Positions 44,967 through 58,606 of a DNA stretch of 64,000 nucleotides are shown in pieces. Both the position numbers and the translations under genes were made by a program. The notes beneath the pieces were generated by a model, which did no database searches, was not told the origin of the DNA, and worked only from the letters and a program-made list of their open reading frames with translations. This DNA comes from Euglena gracilis (taxonomy: Eukaryota): the NCBI GenBank assembly GCA_039621445.1, contig CP154954.1, forward strand, positions 43,274,632 through 43,338,631. The letters are read 5' to 3'. Numbering within the stretch: the first letter of the stretch is position 1; each line of letters opens with the position of its first letter.

Positions 44967-47900
44967 CCGACAGTCCCCTGTACGTTGCTACTTCATATGC
45001 AACCCTCTGGACCTCAGGTTTCCGGCTGCTGCGAAGAGAATTTGGCTGATCGTCAAACATGTGGTCTGGTGCCTCACACCGGTTATTTTGTCACCCTCCT
45101 CCAGACAGGGGGAAGATCGCCAAAAAATAGTGCAGAAACCACAAAAGGGAAACTGGTGCATTGGGTTAGAAAATCCATGAAAAGGACAGCCACGCACTGT
45201 TGTGAAAGTTGGCCCGTAGGAATGCCATTGATCATTTTCAATGCATTCCCAAGGCGATTTTGGTTGAGAGGTTCTGGCTGGACCCCCAAGCAGAGGAAGG
45301 ATTCCGTGCCCTCCAGCCAGCTGGATGGATGCCTTTTTGTCCCAAGAAGACATTTCTGATCTCTTTCGTGTTTTATGTCCAGGAGAAGGAGCTCTCTGGA
45401 GGTTCTGAGGAGGTCCCAAACTGTCGGTTTTGAGAAGCTCTGGGGGGCTGCTCCATATCTCCCACGCCTCATGAAGTGAAAATCCGGAAGTGGGGAGGTG
45501 GGCAAGCTCCAATGGCCTATCATTCAAAGGCCTCTGCATTCTTTGAGCCAGGCACACGTGCGAAACCCGTGGAGCCTCCAGCGGTGCTTTGTCTGTCTGT
45601 TTCCCCAGTGGCTGGTTTGTGACAAGGTGCCATTCACCTCAGAGGCAGCACCAGGGTTCGATACAAGGCGGTTGTCATGGCAGGGGGACACCCCCCATTT
45701 CCCAACCCTCTTTTACAGCAGGTGGGTCCGGACCACCCGCACCTGCCAAGGGGGTCCAAACAGGCCCCCCCCCAAAAAAGGTCTGTTTTTTTTAAGTTCT
45801 GGGGTTTTGTTCCCGAAAAAGGCTTGCAGTTTTGACAAAATTTTTCCAGGAAATGCCCAAACCCACCTTTTGGGTCGAGTTTGGGTGGCAAAAAATTTTC
45901 GGCTGAGCCGAAAATGGGTCGTCATGACTGCAGCAGTGTGCAGGTGGGGGGGGGGGGGGTGTCCCCCACCTCCTTGGCCGGGGGGGTCTGACCCACCACC
46001 CCCCCTGCCTTTTCATCGTCCCCTGGCGGCACCCCCTTCCCGCAATATTTGTCTGTCGTTCCCCCGGCCCGGTGCTGTTCTTCTGTTGTGTGTTTTGCCG
46101 GCGATGGGGGTGCCTGACCGCCCCCGGCGGCCCCCCACGCCACCCCCAACCCCACTCCCCCCCGGCGACCTTTGGTCAGGTGGGGTTTGTTTAACCTCCA
46201 GCCACATGCATCATTGGAAGGGGGGGAGGAGGGGTGAGAACCAGGATGCGAGAGGCAGAGAGAGTATGTAAATGCTAACCAAACCCAGGACTTCAAAAAA
46301 ATGCCCCAACCTTCAAAAGCTGAATGTTTAATTTAAAACTGCTCTAAAGGAAGGCAAACCCCCAATACCTTTTCAGGCCTTCGAGAGTCCTCCAGACCCC
46401 ATGTTAACAAATTGACTGACCTCAAATCTACTTATTTTTTAAGGCAGAATTCTCCCCCAAAATTCAGGTTTTAATTCATTTTTAAAAATTTTGAATGGCT
46501 TTTAAACCCATTCTAAGAAGAATATGAACAGTTTTCCATGTCTTTTCAAGAAATGTGTACCGTCAGGGTAGGTCCTTAAGAAATTTACATGTGTTTGCAT
46601 CTTTGCATTTTGGCATTCTGGCTTTTTTTTGCTTATTTTGAGGTGCGTTGTTGTACCTCCCCGTCCGTCACCTTCTTTGATTGCTGAAAAAAAAATCCAG
46701 AATGAACCGGGGGGAAATCGCGGCGCAGTTTTCGCATTTTTTGTGGATTTTGTTTTCAATTTGTGTCGGTGCATTTTGGGGTTTTCGCAATTCTGGAAAT
46801 CGCGGCACATTTTGTAATTTTTTTGATGCTTTGGTCTGTCTGTTGTGTGGTTTGTCATTTCATCCTCTCGGCAGCACCATTTTCGATCCACCGTATTTTT
46901 TGCAGACACCCCCCGTCATCTTTTACAGTCTCTTTTACTGACCCGCACCGATCAAATACGCACCCCGTTGCCCCACCCCCTATGGGGTTTTGTTTAACTG
47001 CATCACATTTTTGTCCATTTTGCTAAATCCCCCCTTTTGTGTTTTTATTATTTGAACTGTGCAAAAATGGCAATTCGTTGTTCATGTCTGCAAAAATTCC
47101 CACCAGGCCTTCCCCGCATGTACCACCTTTCCCCCCCTTTTGCCCATTTTTCAATTCCTCACTCCTTTTTCTCTCCCCCCACACCCCTTCTCAGAATATT
47201 TGTGTTTTTTCAGTCTTTTTATTTTTGTTTTTGATACTTTGACCCCCGTACTATACCAACATCCCACTCCCCACCCCAGTTCCGCCCTTTCCCATTTGAG
47301 TATTACTGTGTCTTTTTTCTGTTTCCATGTTTTTTGTTTTGCCCCCTGTCAGTTTGTCTGACCCCCAACTGCTCTATTTACATCATTTTTTCCCCTTTTA
47401 TTGTTTTCCTCCGTGCCATTTTTAAGCCAGGTAAAGAATGCTGTTTAATATTTTTTCAATTTTTTGAATGTTTCCCTTCTAACATAACAAACTTTCCCCC
47501 CTCTTTTATCCTTTGAATTCCTTTTTGCCCCTTGTTTCCGTTTTTTTTTTTTGCTTATGGGTGCGTTGTTGTACCTCCCCTGTCCAGGCAATTGCTAATA
47601 GATCCAAAGCCCCTTCGCATTTTTTTTTTTTTTTCAATTGTTCTTGTTTATTTTTTTTTTCGCATTTTGTAATTTTTTTTCTTGATTTTCCTAATTATGT
47701 GGACCTCATGGTTTTTTTTGCATTATTTGAATTTTTGGAAAATGTATTTTTCCTCATATTTTCATAAAATTCTATAGATCACCTTCCCGCCAGAAATCTG
47801 TCACCTCGGCATTGAGTCTTGTACCCTCTGGGTTGCTACGTTGGGGGGAATGGCGTTGGACACAAAAATTTATGGAAGGTTTCAAAAATGACACCTGTGT

Positions 47901-48493
47901 GTTTTATCATCAAGAAAAAAATGTAGTAGAAGCTTGGAACTGCAAAAGCGTCGTCATTTTCCACCCCGTGTCATCTGGCTGTCACACCCCCCATCAGGAA
48001 GCTGTCATTTGGACCATGCATGTACAAATATCACAAATGTATACGCATACACAAAAACTTCAAATGCACACACAGACATATTCATATTCATGCAGGGCGA
48101 TAGTATTATTATGGAGTTATGCCAGATCAAGATTTTAGTAAAGTACCCAAATTTTACCACAGTTTGCCATCATTTTCGGCTGGTATAAGTTTCCCACACC
48201 CTCTTCCATGAAGCCTCAGGCCAAAACGGTCGAAAATGGACCGAAAATGACAAACAGAATGACAAAAATGATAATAAAAAGGCGAATAAATGTTGGCAAA
48301 TATTGATTTTTAATGTCATTTTTGAGGAGAATAACCTGAATTTGTCCCGGTTACTCAATGAAAAGCGGAGAAATAATTTTGGTAATTTCAGCATTCGACA
48401 GCTTGTTAGTACTGTTCTTTGTTATTTGGCGATCTTTTTACCGTGATTTTCTTAACGTAATCGTTGGCTAACGTAATTTTTGTCTACCCCGTG

Positions 48494-48749
48494 CAGGGGT
48501 TTTTTTAGTCGTGGACCCCCGGGGGGGGGGGTCCGGCCGAGCCCCCCCCCCCCCCCGGGGGGGGTCCCCCCAGAGGGGGGTGGGATATACTTTTCAGCGC
48601 CAAAGGCGCCGAAAAAAATGCTATTTTTAACATTTTTCGCGGTTTTTTCGGCCATTTTTTGTGGGTCCCCCGGGACCCCCTCCCCTGGGGTGGCCCCCCA
48701 GGGGGTGGTTGGGTTGGGGGGGGACCCCCCAGGCTTAAACAACCCCCTG
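48494..48749. mobile_element. hAT-like MITE (family D)
   Basis: CAGGGGTTTTTTTAG ... CTTAAACAACCCCCTG; 8-bp TSD ACCCCGTG. Confidence 0.9.
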
Positions 48750-49996
48750 ACCCCGTGTTTTACGCAACCGGCCGCTTGGTGTGCACGCCCCACTTGCCTC
48801 CGAGCCCCCATGCCCCCTGTTTCCCATCTGTCTTTCGTCCCTGAGGGACCCTTTTTGCGCTGACCGTCAGGCAGCCCACACACCCCGGGGCCCCTCCGTC
48901 ATCGCCGCATCAGAGGGCTGGGCAGCCCCCTTTCCGTCCCAGGCTGGCCCGTCCCTGCCCGGCCCCCCAAAGGCCAACGCCCCATGCCACGCCGGTGCCC
49001 CCCTCCTCTCTCTTCTTCGCCCCATTGTGTTCCGTCATGCTCCGCTCTGGCCTGCCGGACACTGGTTGTGACCCTGAGCCGGCGATGCGTGCCTGTGGTT
49101 GAGGAGCAGGTGGCATTCTTCTCAGGTCACGCGTGACCAGAGTAACGTCACATGTAAATCACTTATTTTTAGGGTGGCTCCACCCTATTTTAAGGGAGAC
49201 TCCAGTCCCCCCCCCAGAGAGGGAAGTGGTTGCTGGCGGCCACAGATGTGGTTAAAGGCGGTCGCCCATCAGCCGTCAGCAGGCAGCAGGCGGCACACAG
49301 ACACGTTTTGAGACAGCGGCACCTTCAGACCCAAGCACTTATAATGTAGGTGCACACTGCGGCAATGGTGGTCTCCTAGCCATGGAAGCTCGCAGAGGAC
49401 ACTGTCCAAGGCATTTGTGGAAGCTGTACGTAAGCGGGTACCGGGTACCCGCTGATTCACCACATTGGAAAGTCCTCCTGGAAAGTTGTCACCTCGGCGT
49501 GTACCACCCCACCAACCTGCTACTCGGCGTGCACCAACCTTCTGGGTGGGGGGCTAGTTTCTCTGGTGTGGGGTTGATGGCAGTTGCTGGTCAATCCTGT
49601 GCAGCCCCTCGTGATGGCCCCTCAATGATCTGCTCCCAGAAACACACCCCGAACTGCGGACACTCGCCAGTTGCCCCGCTTCACCAAACCAACTGTTCGC
49701 GTCCTTTCAGACCAGTGGGGAGGCGTCAGTGGAACCGTCCCACTGCATCAGCTCGCCGCCCTGTGGGTGGAGGGGTGGAGGAAGAAGGGTGGACAGCGGT
49801 GCGGACTGATTGGCATCGAATCTTGACGCGGCCAGAGATGGTCAGCCACAAACCAGAGAGTGGTGGAGGAACTCAATCCTCGGCCACTGTCCTTTGGGGG
49901 GGAGGGGGTTGCCCCTTCACATCAACGAACGGTTTTTCACAGCCCCCCTGTGCCCCCGCAGGGGTGTTGGTTGCTGGTGTTGCCCTCCCCCCCACG

Positions 49997-50115
49997 ATGC
50001 TGCCCCTGGCGCTGGGGCTCCTCTGGCTCTGGGGCTGCGGGGGTGGTGGGGGCAGGCAGGTCAGGGCCTGGCTGGCTGTTGGGACACAGGACATGCACAG
50101 ACACACTTGCGCGGG

Positions 50116-50188
<73 letters not shown>

Positions 50189-50218
50189 GTGTGTGTGTGT
50201 GTGTGGTGTGTGTGTGTG

Positions 50219-50276
<58 letters not shown>

Positions 50277-51318
50277 GGGTGGGTGGTGTGTGTGTTGTGT
50301 GTGGGTGTGGTGTGTGTGTGTGTGTGTGTGTGTGTAAATATTAGAATATGGATAGGTGGGCTTGCACTTTTGACAGCCACATTTGCCAACGTTGTGTTGC
50401 TGCCAGATTTACTTTTTTTGCCTCCGACTTCATCACTGGGGGCGTTGGTTCCCCCATTCCATATCGTTCATCGTTTGGAGACAGACAGGAGCACCTCATG
50501 AGGAGGGGAGTCCTGTGGCATATTCGCCACGGCATTGCTTGGATTGGATAATGACGGACAGCACACTGAACGACGGCTGGTACGCCATCGACCCTGCACA
50601 GACTGGGCACCCATTCCAGGTCTACTGTGACATGTACAACGGTGGCTGGACCCGGTGTGTTGGTATGTGCATGCTTGTACCTTGTATTTGTGTGTGTGGA
50701 TGTGGATGTCTTTGCACGCGCGCGTGTGTGTAGGTTTTGTGCGGTTGCCGGCGTTGCGTGGCTGTTGCAGTGCGGTGCGGACCTCCATCTGTTTCATTTC
50801 GGAATCGCTTTGATGTGCTCAGACGAATTGAAGTGTGCAATTTTCGCCCGATCCTATTCACCGAATGGGTTCCGTGCACATTTTGGCCTGGCTGGCTCAG
50901 TGGAAGGGTGAGCCCTCTTTTTTGGCGAAAGCCCCTGCCACCCACAGCGTGGAGGCGATCGTCCACGACCTCACCACTGGCCAGCCCATCGGCCTCCCGG
51001 ACGAGATCGAAGACCCGGATGACTGGCCGAACCTCCAGCACCAGGTCTCGGGCCGCCCTCCGTCCTCAGGGGGCAGACAAACGTCAAGTCGTGCTGCTGT
51101 AGAAATGGGCAGCAAAGCCTCCCTCCCTCCCCCAGCCAATCCACCCGACAGCATACCATGCCCCCCCCCCGACCTTGTCCCATACCCCGGCTAACACTAG
51201 CCCAGTTATCAGATATAGGACAAGATCGGGGGTGTCAACAAAATTTCCTTTAACGGACCCCCAGCCCGGACCCTTGGCGGCGTATGGAACAAACTCGGGG
51301 GGGACAAGTCGGGGGGTA

Positions 51319-51409
<91 letters not shown>

Positions 51410-51669
51410 ATATACATGTATATGTATATATATACATGTTATATATACATATATATGTATAAATACATGTATATATATGTATATTTACATATATATATGT
51501 ATAATATGTGTATATATATGTATGTACATATATATGTATATGCGAACCCCCAAATGACACGCCCCCCCCAAATAACACCCCCCCCCAAATAACACACCCC
51601 CCTTGGGGGCCCAGTTCGGGGGCCCATATAACACACCGGGGGGGTGTTATTTGGGGGGGGTTATGTATG

Positions 51670-51704
<35 letters not shown>

Positions 51705-54700
51705 GTGTGTATGTGTGTGTGTGTGTGTATGTATATACATACATATATATACACATATATACATATATATGTATATATATATATATGTATGTAGGTATTT
51801 TTTTTATGTATGTACACATATATATGTATGTATGTATGTAGGTATGTATGTATGTATGTATGTATGTATGTATGTATGTATGTATGTATGTATGTATGTA
51901 TGTATGTATCAGGTTTTTTATTTTTGGCCCCCCCGGGGGGGGGGGGGGGGGGGGGGGGTGGGGGGGTCCGGCCGGGGCCCCCCCCCCCCGGGGGGGGGGT
52001 CCCCCCGGAGGGGGGTGGGATATACTTTTCGGCGCCGCAGGCGCCGAAAAAATTCTATTTTTAGCACTTTTCGCGATTTTTCGGCCATTTTTTGTGGGTC
52101 CCCCGGGACCCCCCCCCCCGGGGGGGCCCCCCCCAGGGGGTGGGTGGGTGGGGGGGGCCCCCCCTCCCCCCCCCGTCTTAAAAAAAAACCCTGGTATGTA
52201 TGTATGTATGTACGTATGTATGTATGTATGTATGTATGTATGTATGTATGTATGTATGTATGTATGTATGTATGTATGTATGTATGTATGTATGTATGTA
52301 TGTATGTATGTATGTATGTATATCAATATATATTGTATGTGTATGGAAACAAATCGACGGTGCTCGGACGTCAAAGTGTCACATTGGATTGGTTTTTGGT
52401 CCCACGCTGTCGCTTAAGCTGAAGGGGATCCCACCAGCCATCCCACGGGTTCTCCAGCCAGCCACCCCCTTTTTCCAACCAGCCCAAATTTTTGCAGCCG
52501 CCGGATTTCTCGAGCCAGAGGGGACACAACCCTTCTTTTTCCCACCAGCAGCTCCCGGCCAGGCTGCAGACCTCCACCCCATTGTCCCGCTAAGGTAGAG
52601 TTCAAGCCGCAGCGAAGCTGAAGTTTTGAAAAAGTCAGTCAAAATTTTTTGTGCTTTGGGGTTGTCACCTTCGAAATTTGGCTGAAGAAGACCATCGCAG
52701 CTGGATTTTGGCATTTTGCCCACTTTTGGGAACCAGTCGGGTCCAGCTGCCAGCACCCCCCCCCCGGACCTACCCGAGGCCAATGGGGCAGCCAGCACCT
52801 TTTTCCGGCTGTCTTTATGAAATCCCCTGAACAGGACCCCCTGTGGAAGATGAAGCGACACCTGTTTGGATCTTCTTTCGCTCGCACATGATTCTGCCCG
52901 CAGTTCGTCGGGTGGGGCTCACCGCCGTGGCTGCTGCCATACAACGTGACGTACAACACCACCGCGGACCGGCTCGCCGCTCTTCTCGCCGTGACAGCCA
53001 ATGCCAAGCAGCAGGTGATTTTCCACTGCAAGGCCTCCCAGGTGTGTCCCGTGCGAAGCTGAGGCTATGGGGATGCTTTGTGTGCCTTCACTTGTATTCA
53101 GATACAACTGCCACTAAAAATGTTGCCTATCTCGCACAACGGTGGATTTTCAGAAAAAATCTTACCACTAAATATTCCCGAACAATTTTAAGGAAACTGC
53201 CGAATTTTCTGGGCTATTTTGAGAAAGGGTGTATTTCAATGAGGTAAAATAAACCCCCCAAATAAATTTCTCCGGGAAGATTGTTTGATCGGCCAAAGTC
53301 CACCAGGGAAGGATTAAACCCCCAAAAAAATAAGACCCCCCCCTGATGACAGAAGCGCCAGAGACGGTGAAAATTTTCCCTGAAGAACAATCCCAACTTC
53401 AGACATAAAAACGATAAAAATTATAAAAATTTTAGATTGAAGGGCAAAGAAATTTGCACCAATAAACACATGGCGAAGCGCCGAAGGAAAAGCTTTATTG
53501 TTTTTGGAACCTGAAAAATGATGTTTTTTTTCGGTCTGGGTTGGTCAAGGAAAAATCCAAAAATAAAAGCCCCCCCCATCCCCCAAAATAAGACACCCAC
53601 TGAGGTTTCCAGCAACGGACCCAGAAATACCACCCGGGTCTTATTTGGGGGGGGGGGTATTGTTTTGGAGGGAATATATTTGCGAAATATTTCGTGATTC
53701 TCTGGGGAGAAATTTTTGCCCCGAATTGTATTTATCATGTTGAACACCATCAAATCAATGATGGTGCAATTTGCATATCAGAAACGTGCATTTTTGTATT
53801 TTATTTGCATATATAACATATATTTCACGTATAGACATCATTTATATCATATATGTATGATTCCTCGCAAAAAAAATGGTTCCAACTCTCAGGAAAAAAG
53901 AATTTCTATGGCGGGCAGTGAGAAAATCAGGAGGGGGGCATTATTATTATACGGGGCCGAAGTTGTTTTGGGGGTTACCACTTTTTTGTTTTTCTGGCAG
54001 AAGTGCCTAAGTTTCCCCATGCCTTTTTATCAGGGAAACTGCCCAACTCTTTCCGGGCCATTTCAAGGGATTTGCCCGTCTTTTCCCGCCACCCACTTGG
54101 TCGGAACCAATCACACCTTTGCCCAGTCCACCCCCCCCCCAGTACCGATTTGGTTTTCCAACTTTTCACATACCAGGGCGTCGCCCACACTCCACCACAT
54201 CACCCCTCCATCGGCCCCTTCGGCCCCCTCTCCCGCAGACCAACTCCACCTATGGCTGCACCGTGGCCCAGGCCGTGTCAGCGAGGCCCCGGCCCGCTGC
54301 GCCGGTCGAGAGGCGGGCGGGGGGGGGGGGGGGGGCGGGCAGATGGACTGGTGCCGGGAGGTGTGGGGGGGCTCCAGTTGGTGGTCTGCCGATGCCACCG
54401 TGGCGTCCGCGTCGGCGTCAGGCACCCTTGGATGGATCTTGGATGGGGGGGGGGGACCTGGGCACGGCCTGCAGCGGATCCGGTGTTCTACCCGACGCAC
54501 GTTGGCAACTGGAAGGGCCGGGCAGGCGTTGGTTTTTTGTGGAGATGCTGCAGAATAGCCCACAGAAAGGATGTCAGGTGGCCAATACATGGTGCACATG
54601 GACGGGGATGTGACCCTGACATGAGCCATGTTCTGTTTGCATGATGGTGGTATTTGTTTGCTTTGATACTTGCCCCTGGGCTGACACACTCCGGAGCCTT

Positions 54701-55492
54701 GGTTTCCCAGCATTGCCCACTGAAGAAATTTCTGCAAATTGCCCGTTTTGAGTAGTTCAGGGGCGTTGCCGAAAATGAACCGGGGTGGGGGGGGGACTGA
54801 TTCCACCGATGCCTGAGGACAACAGTTCCAGCCGTTGTCAGCCACGGTCCTGAACGACGGCTGCTGCTTCGGCTGCTGCCGCAACATCCCCCGCTGGCAG
54901 CAGTCCCTCGTGCTCTTCGCCCAGCGCCGAGGGGGCCCCGGCGCCGCAACAGACAGGAGGCAACACCCGGCAGTCCAAATGTCCAGATTCAGTGTGCAGT
55001 GCTATTTCAAATGATGCGGGTGTGTGCGCCGGCCGGCCCAATCGGAGCCTCCGTGGTCTCAGGTCAATCTTGGACAACGCGGGAGGAGTGTTTATCAACC
55101 AGTGTTCGTTTGAAGCGAAAAAGGTTCCGTCCGTGGGGCATCGGCGGTGAAACCCCGGCCTCGAGGGGGCTGCTCCGCGGGATTGGCACCCCGCCGCACT
55201 CCGCCCGCACCGGCGGCGCTCGGGGGGCCCCTCCCCCCACGACCGGCTGCCGGTCACCAACGTTGAGATCCGCCACTCCGGGGCCCCCGGCGAGTGGCTG
55301 CTGGTGGAGCCCCTGCCGCGGCCCCGGGCACGGGCCCCGCCCCCCTTCCCCCCCCTCCGGGCTGTGGTGGCCGGGGCTCCCTTGTCCTCCCCCCACGTTG
55401 TGCGTGTGCACACACACACACGACACATGCACACGCAGCAAAGCACAAACACACGCATACACACAACCCACCATACCGCGCACACGCACACA

Positions 55493-55533
<41 letters not shown>

Positions 55534-55621
55534 GAGGAATTATGACCGTACCAATGTGGATACAACGCTGGGAGGGGTGTCTTCCGGCGCGCGGCCGTCC
55601 CCAGCCCTGTGGTTGCAGTAG
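49997..55621 (+). CDS. Secreted stand-alone COLFI/CASPR-type fibrinogen-like domain protein
   Basis: Signal peptide [59 protein letters not shown] (50490-50654); [10 protein letters not shown] (50950); [33 protein letters not shown] (52904-53041); [40 protein letters not shown]. Confidence 0.82.
50117..50335. repeat. (TG)n microsatellite in intron 1
   Basis: Read directly. Confidence 0.97.
51317..52322. repeat. (TA)n and (TATG)n microsatellite field with inserted elements
   Basis: Read directly; interrupted at about 51542-51662 (CCCCAAATAACAC...GTGTTATTTGGGG foldback) and at 51910-52193. Confidence 0.95.
51910..52193. mobile_element. hAT-like MITE (family D) in (TATG)n
   Basis: CAGGTTTTTT ... 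AAAAAAAACCCTG; GTATGTAT on both flanks; same internal core as 48494 and 58349. Confidence 0.85.
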
Positions 55622-57462
55622 CTACCCACCGCCAACACACGACGCTGCTGCAGCGACGGGGCACGCCGGAGGAGGTCGCCGAGGCAGTCGCATCGCCGCC
55701 CATCCCCGCCCCCCCCCCCAAAAAACGCGAGCCGTCTCGATGTGTGGACTGAATCAATCTTCGCTGTATGTCCGATCTGAAGTGGACCTTCGGACGTTGC
55801 AGGTCTTCGTTGCTGGCAGCGTTGTGTGCCACTGATGCACTTTTTTCCAAATTCCAAAGAAGCTTTTGCTGTTGGAGCCACAATAAACAGGTTTCATTTG
55901 TAAGAATATTTAGTTTCATTACAAATGTCCGTTTCGAGGGGAAAAAAGTCCCCCAAGGAAATTCTCGTTTTTCAAATTCCATTTCTTCCCATTTCATCAC
56001 ACCCAAGAAAAATTTGTTTTACTCAAAGTCAATGCAAAGGGGATGCTCAAAGTCTTTGATTTCCTTCCTTTGTTTGGAAAGGGTGTGTTTATGGCACCTT
56101 TTCATTCTCTTCTCTGAAACGTGAGTGATTGAACTCCTCCAGTGACAGCAGCAAAATTAAAACTTTTGGACGTTTTTGGGGGGCAGGTGGACGCTCTGTG
56201 GTCCCCCATCCTGGGCTGCATTGCAGTTGCAATTGGAATCAGGCTTGTGCTTAGTCGGGTGCCTACCCCACGGGGGGGGGGGGGGGACTGGGGGGAGGCA
56301 CCCATTAGCACCCTGTCCGACCCCCCGGGGGGGGGGGAGGGGTTTTGGGGGTGGCTGCCCCTAGCAGGCACCCCCTCCAACCCCGGCGCCTTTGGCGCCG
56401 GCGGACCGGAAAAGGCCATTTTTAATGAAAATTTTCTGGGTCCGGCCCGGACCCCTATCCCCCCCCGGGGGGGGTGCCTGCTAGGGGCAGGCACCCTATA
56501 GCACCCACCCACCCCTCTCCCCCCCCCGGTCGGTAAGCACAAGCATGATTGGAATGTCCGAAGTCCAAAACCAGCAAAAAATGTCAGCCCCGGCTCAAAC
56601 CCTCAAGCCACTCTCCCACAGTTGGTTGCCCCTCGCCCCGAGTCCAAAAGGGCACGTGGTCAGTGGGATCCAAATAACACAAATAAAAATTTGTGCCGAA
56701 GGGTCGAGGACACCCCCCACGGGGGTTACCCGTTGGGCTGGGAACCGTCGCCTCACCGCTCCCTGCCACAGGTCCCGCCCACCATGGTCGCCGGGATCCC
56801 GCAACGCCCAAAGCCGTCGTCCGACGGCTTCGGTCCGATGGTGGAGTTGGGGGCGGCGGTGGGCCCAGTGACGTGCGAGGGTCAGAGCCGGACGACAGAC
56901 GTGAGGATGGGGCATCTCGTGGTGTTGGAAATGTGCGACGATGTGTGTAATTTTGCATATTTCTGGTCCTCCAACCCACCCAGATGAGCGAATGAGTGAG
57001 GCCCCCCCCACTGCCCACCACCGATATTAACAGGACTCTGAGGGGGGGATTCCTATGGGGGGGAAACCCCAAACCCTTGGGCCTGAACCAGCTGACCTAA
57101 ATTTAAGCAACCCCCAAGGAATCAGTGAAAATTCCAAATTTAAGCAACCCCCAAATTTGAGGTAAATTGAAAGGGAAATGTAAGAAAATATGAAAACAAA
57201 GAAAATTTAAACAAACAACGATAGCCTAGTTTCAGGGGGAAACTCAAAACAGTTGAGCCTGTGCCGTTTTTGGGACGTTTTTATGTTGTGACATGCATTT
57301 CCGCTCTGAAACAAACATCCAGCCTCCCATTATTTGAACAAGGAGGCACATTTTTCTGTTGACTGTTTGGTCCGAATTTAAGCAATTCGATATGGCAAAA
57401 CCCAAATTGAAGCAACCCTGCGAGCGCATCGGTTGTTGAAACCAAATTTAAAACAATGCGCT
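53474..57462 (+). repeat. Segmental duplication, copy 2
   Basis: Collinear with 1-3972. Confidence 0.97.
56240..56547. mobile_element. hAT-like MITE (family A), same insertion site as 2773-3056
   Basis: Same TIRs and the same ATTGGAAT TSD. Confidence 0.88.
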
Positions 57463-58348
57463 CGTTCTGCACTTGGGGTTGGGTGGGTGTCTGCGCTGCT
57501 CAGGTGGTCCAATACTCCCCAAAGCCGCCGCCAGTTTGACGGGACATGGGGCTGCGTCCGCCGACACATTCCGGCAAGCCCCCCCCCCACACACACATCA
57601 CCAGGGGTTGTTGTGAGAGGAGGCTCGAGCTCGATACGATCTCGAGCCTCCTCAAGCTCGAGCCACCTCGTTTTTGAGCGCCTCCTCAGGGGCTTAAACA
57701 GCCTTCTCAAACCACCTTGAATATCATTCGAGGAGGCTCGAGAGCCTCTTGCTATGAGCATCAGACAGGCAAGCAGGTATTTTTGGAACCCTCTGCGAAA
57801 AGTTGTCTGCGAAAAGGATTTGTGCAAGAAGGGGATTTGCACACACAGGGTATATGTGATGCAGGGGATTTTGTTGTTAGGGCCCTCCAAACGGCTGCTT
57901 GCGAAAAGGCATCGGCAACGAAAGGGAGTTGCACGCACAGAGCATGTGCAACGCAGGGGATTCTGCGGCCCTCCGAACAGTTGCGTAAACCCTCCCCCAT
58001 TTGGATGATCAAGCCACGAGGAGGCTCTCGAGCCTCCTCAAACCACCCCAACCAACGTTCGACGTCGGAGAGCCTCCCCCTAAAGAGGCAACCCTTCCCC
58101 ACATCACCATTGGTGTTGATGGCCCGGAGGGTCCGGGGTGGGCGCTGCCCGCGGCTTCGAGTCCCCAGGGCTGCGGAGGTACCTCATCCTCCTCGGCTTC
58201 AACGGCCTCTGGGGCTTTCTTCGGGCAAACCCCGACATCGTGGGCGGCCGGCCCCCGCAGTGAACCGGTTGGCAGCGAGAGGGGGTCTGGCCAAAATGCG
58301 GTTGTCCTTGAAGTCCTTGAGTCCTTGAAGTCAGCCAAGAGTTGGAAT

Positions 58349-58606
58349 CAGGGGTTTTTTTAGTCGTGGACCCGGGGGGGGGGGGGTGAGTGGGTCCGGC
58401 CGAGCCCCCCCCGGGGGGGGTCCCCCCAGAGGGGGGTGGGATATACTTTTCGGCGCCGAAGGCGCAGAAAAAGTGCTATTCTTAGCACTTTTCGCGATTT
58501 TTTGGCCATTTTTTGTGGGTCCCCCGGGACCCCCCCCCCCCCGGGGGCCCCCGGGGGGGTGGGTGGTTGGAGGGGGACCCCCCCCCCGGTCTTGAAAAAT
58601 CCCCTG
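58349..58606. mobile_element. hAT-like MITE (family D)
   Basis: CAGGGGTTTTTTTAG ... GAAAAATCCCCTG; perfect 8-bp TSD GTTGGAAT. Confidence 0.92.

Noticed and set aside
45000-49900. Possible additional gene between the CFAP77-like and secreted-protein genes
   Set aside because: Only isolated GC-rich patches (about 46100 and 48870), with no joinable frame or recognisable motif.
57470-58340. Minus-strand ORF fragments next to the duplication breakpoint, with GAGGCTCGAG repeats
   Set aside because: Possibly a mobile-element relic, but no recognisable domain, TIR or TSD could be established.
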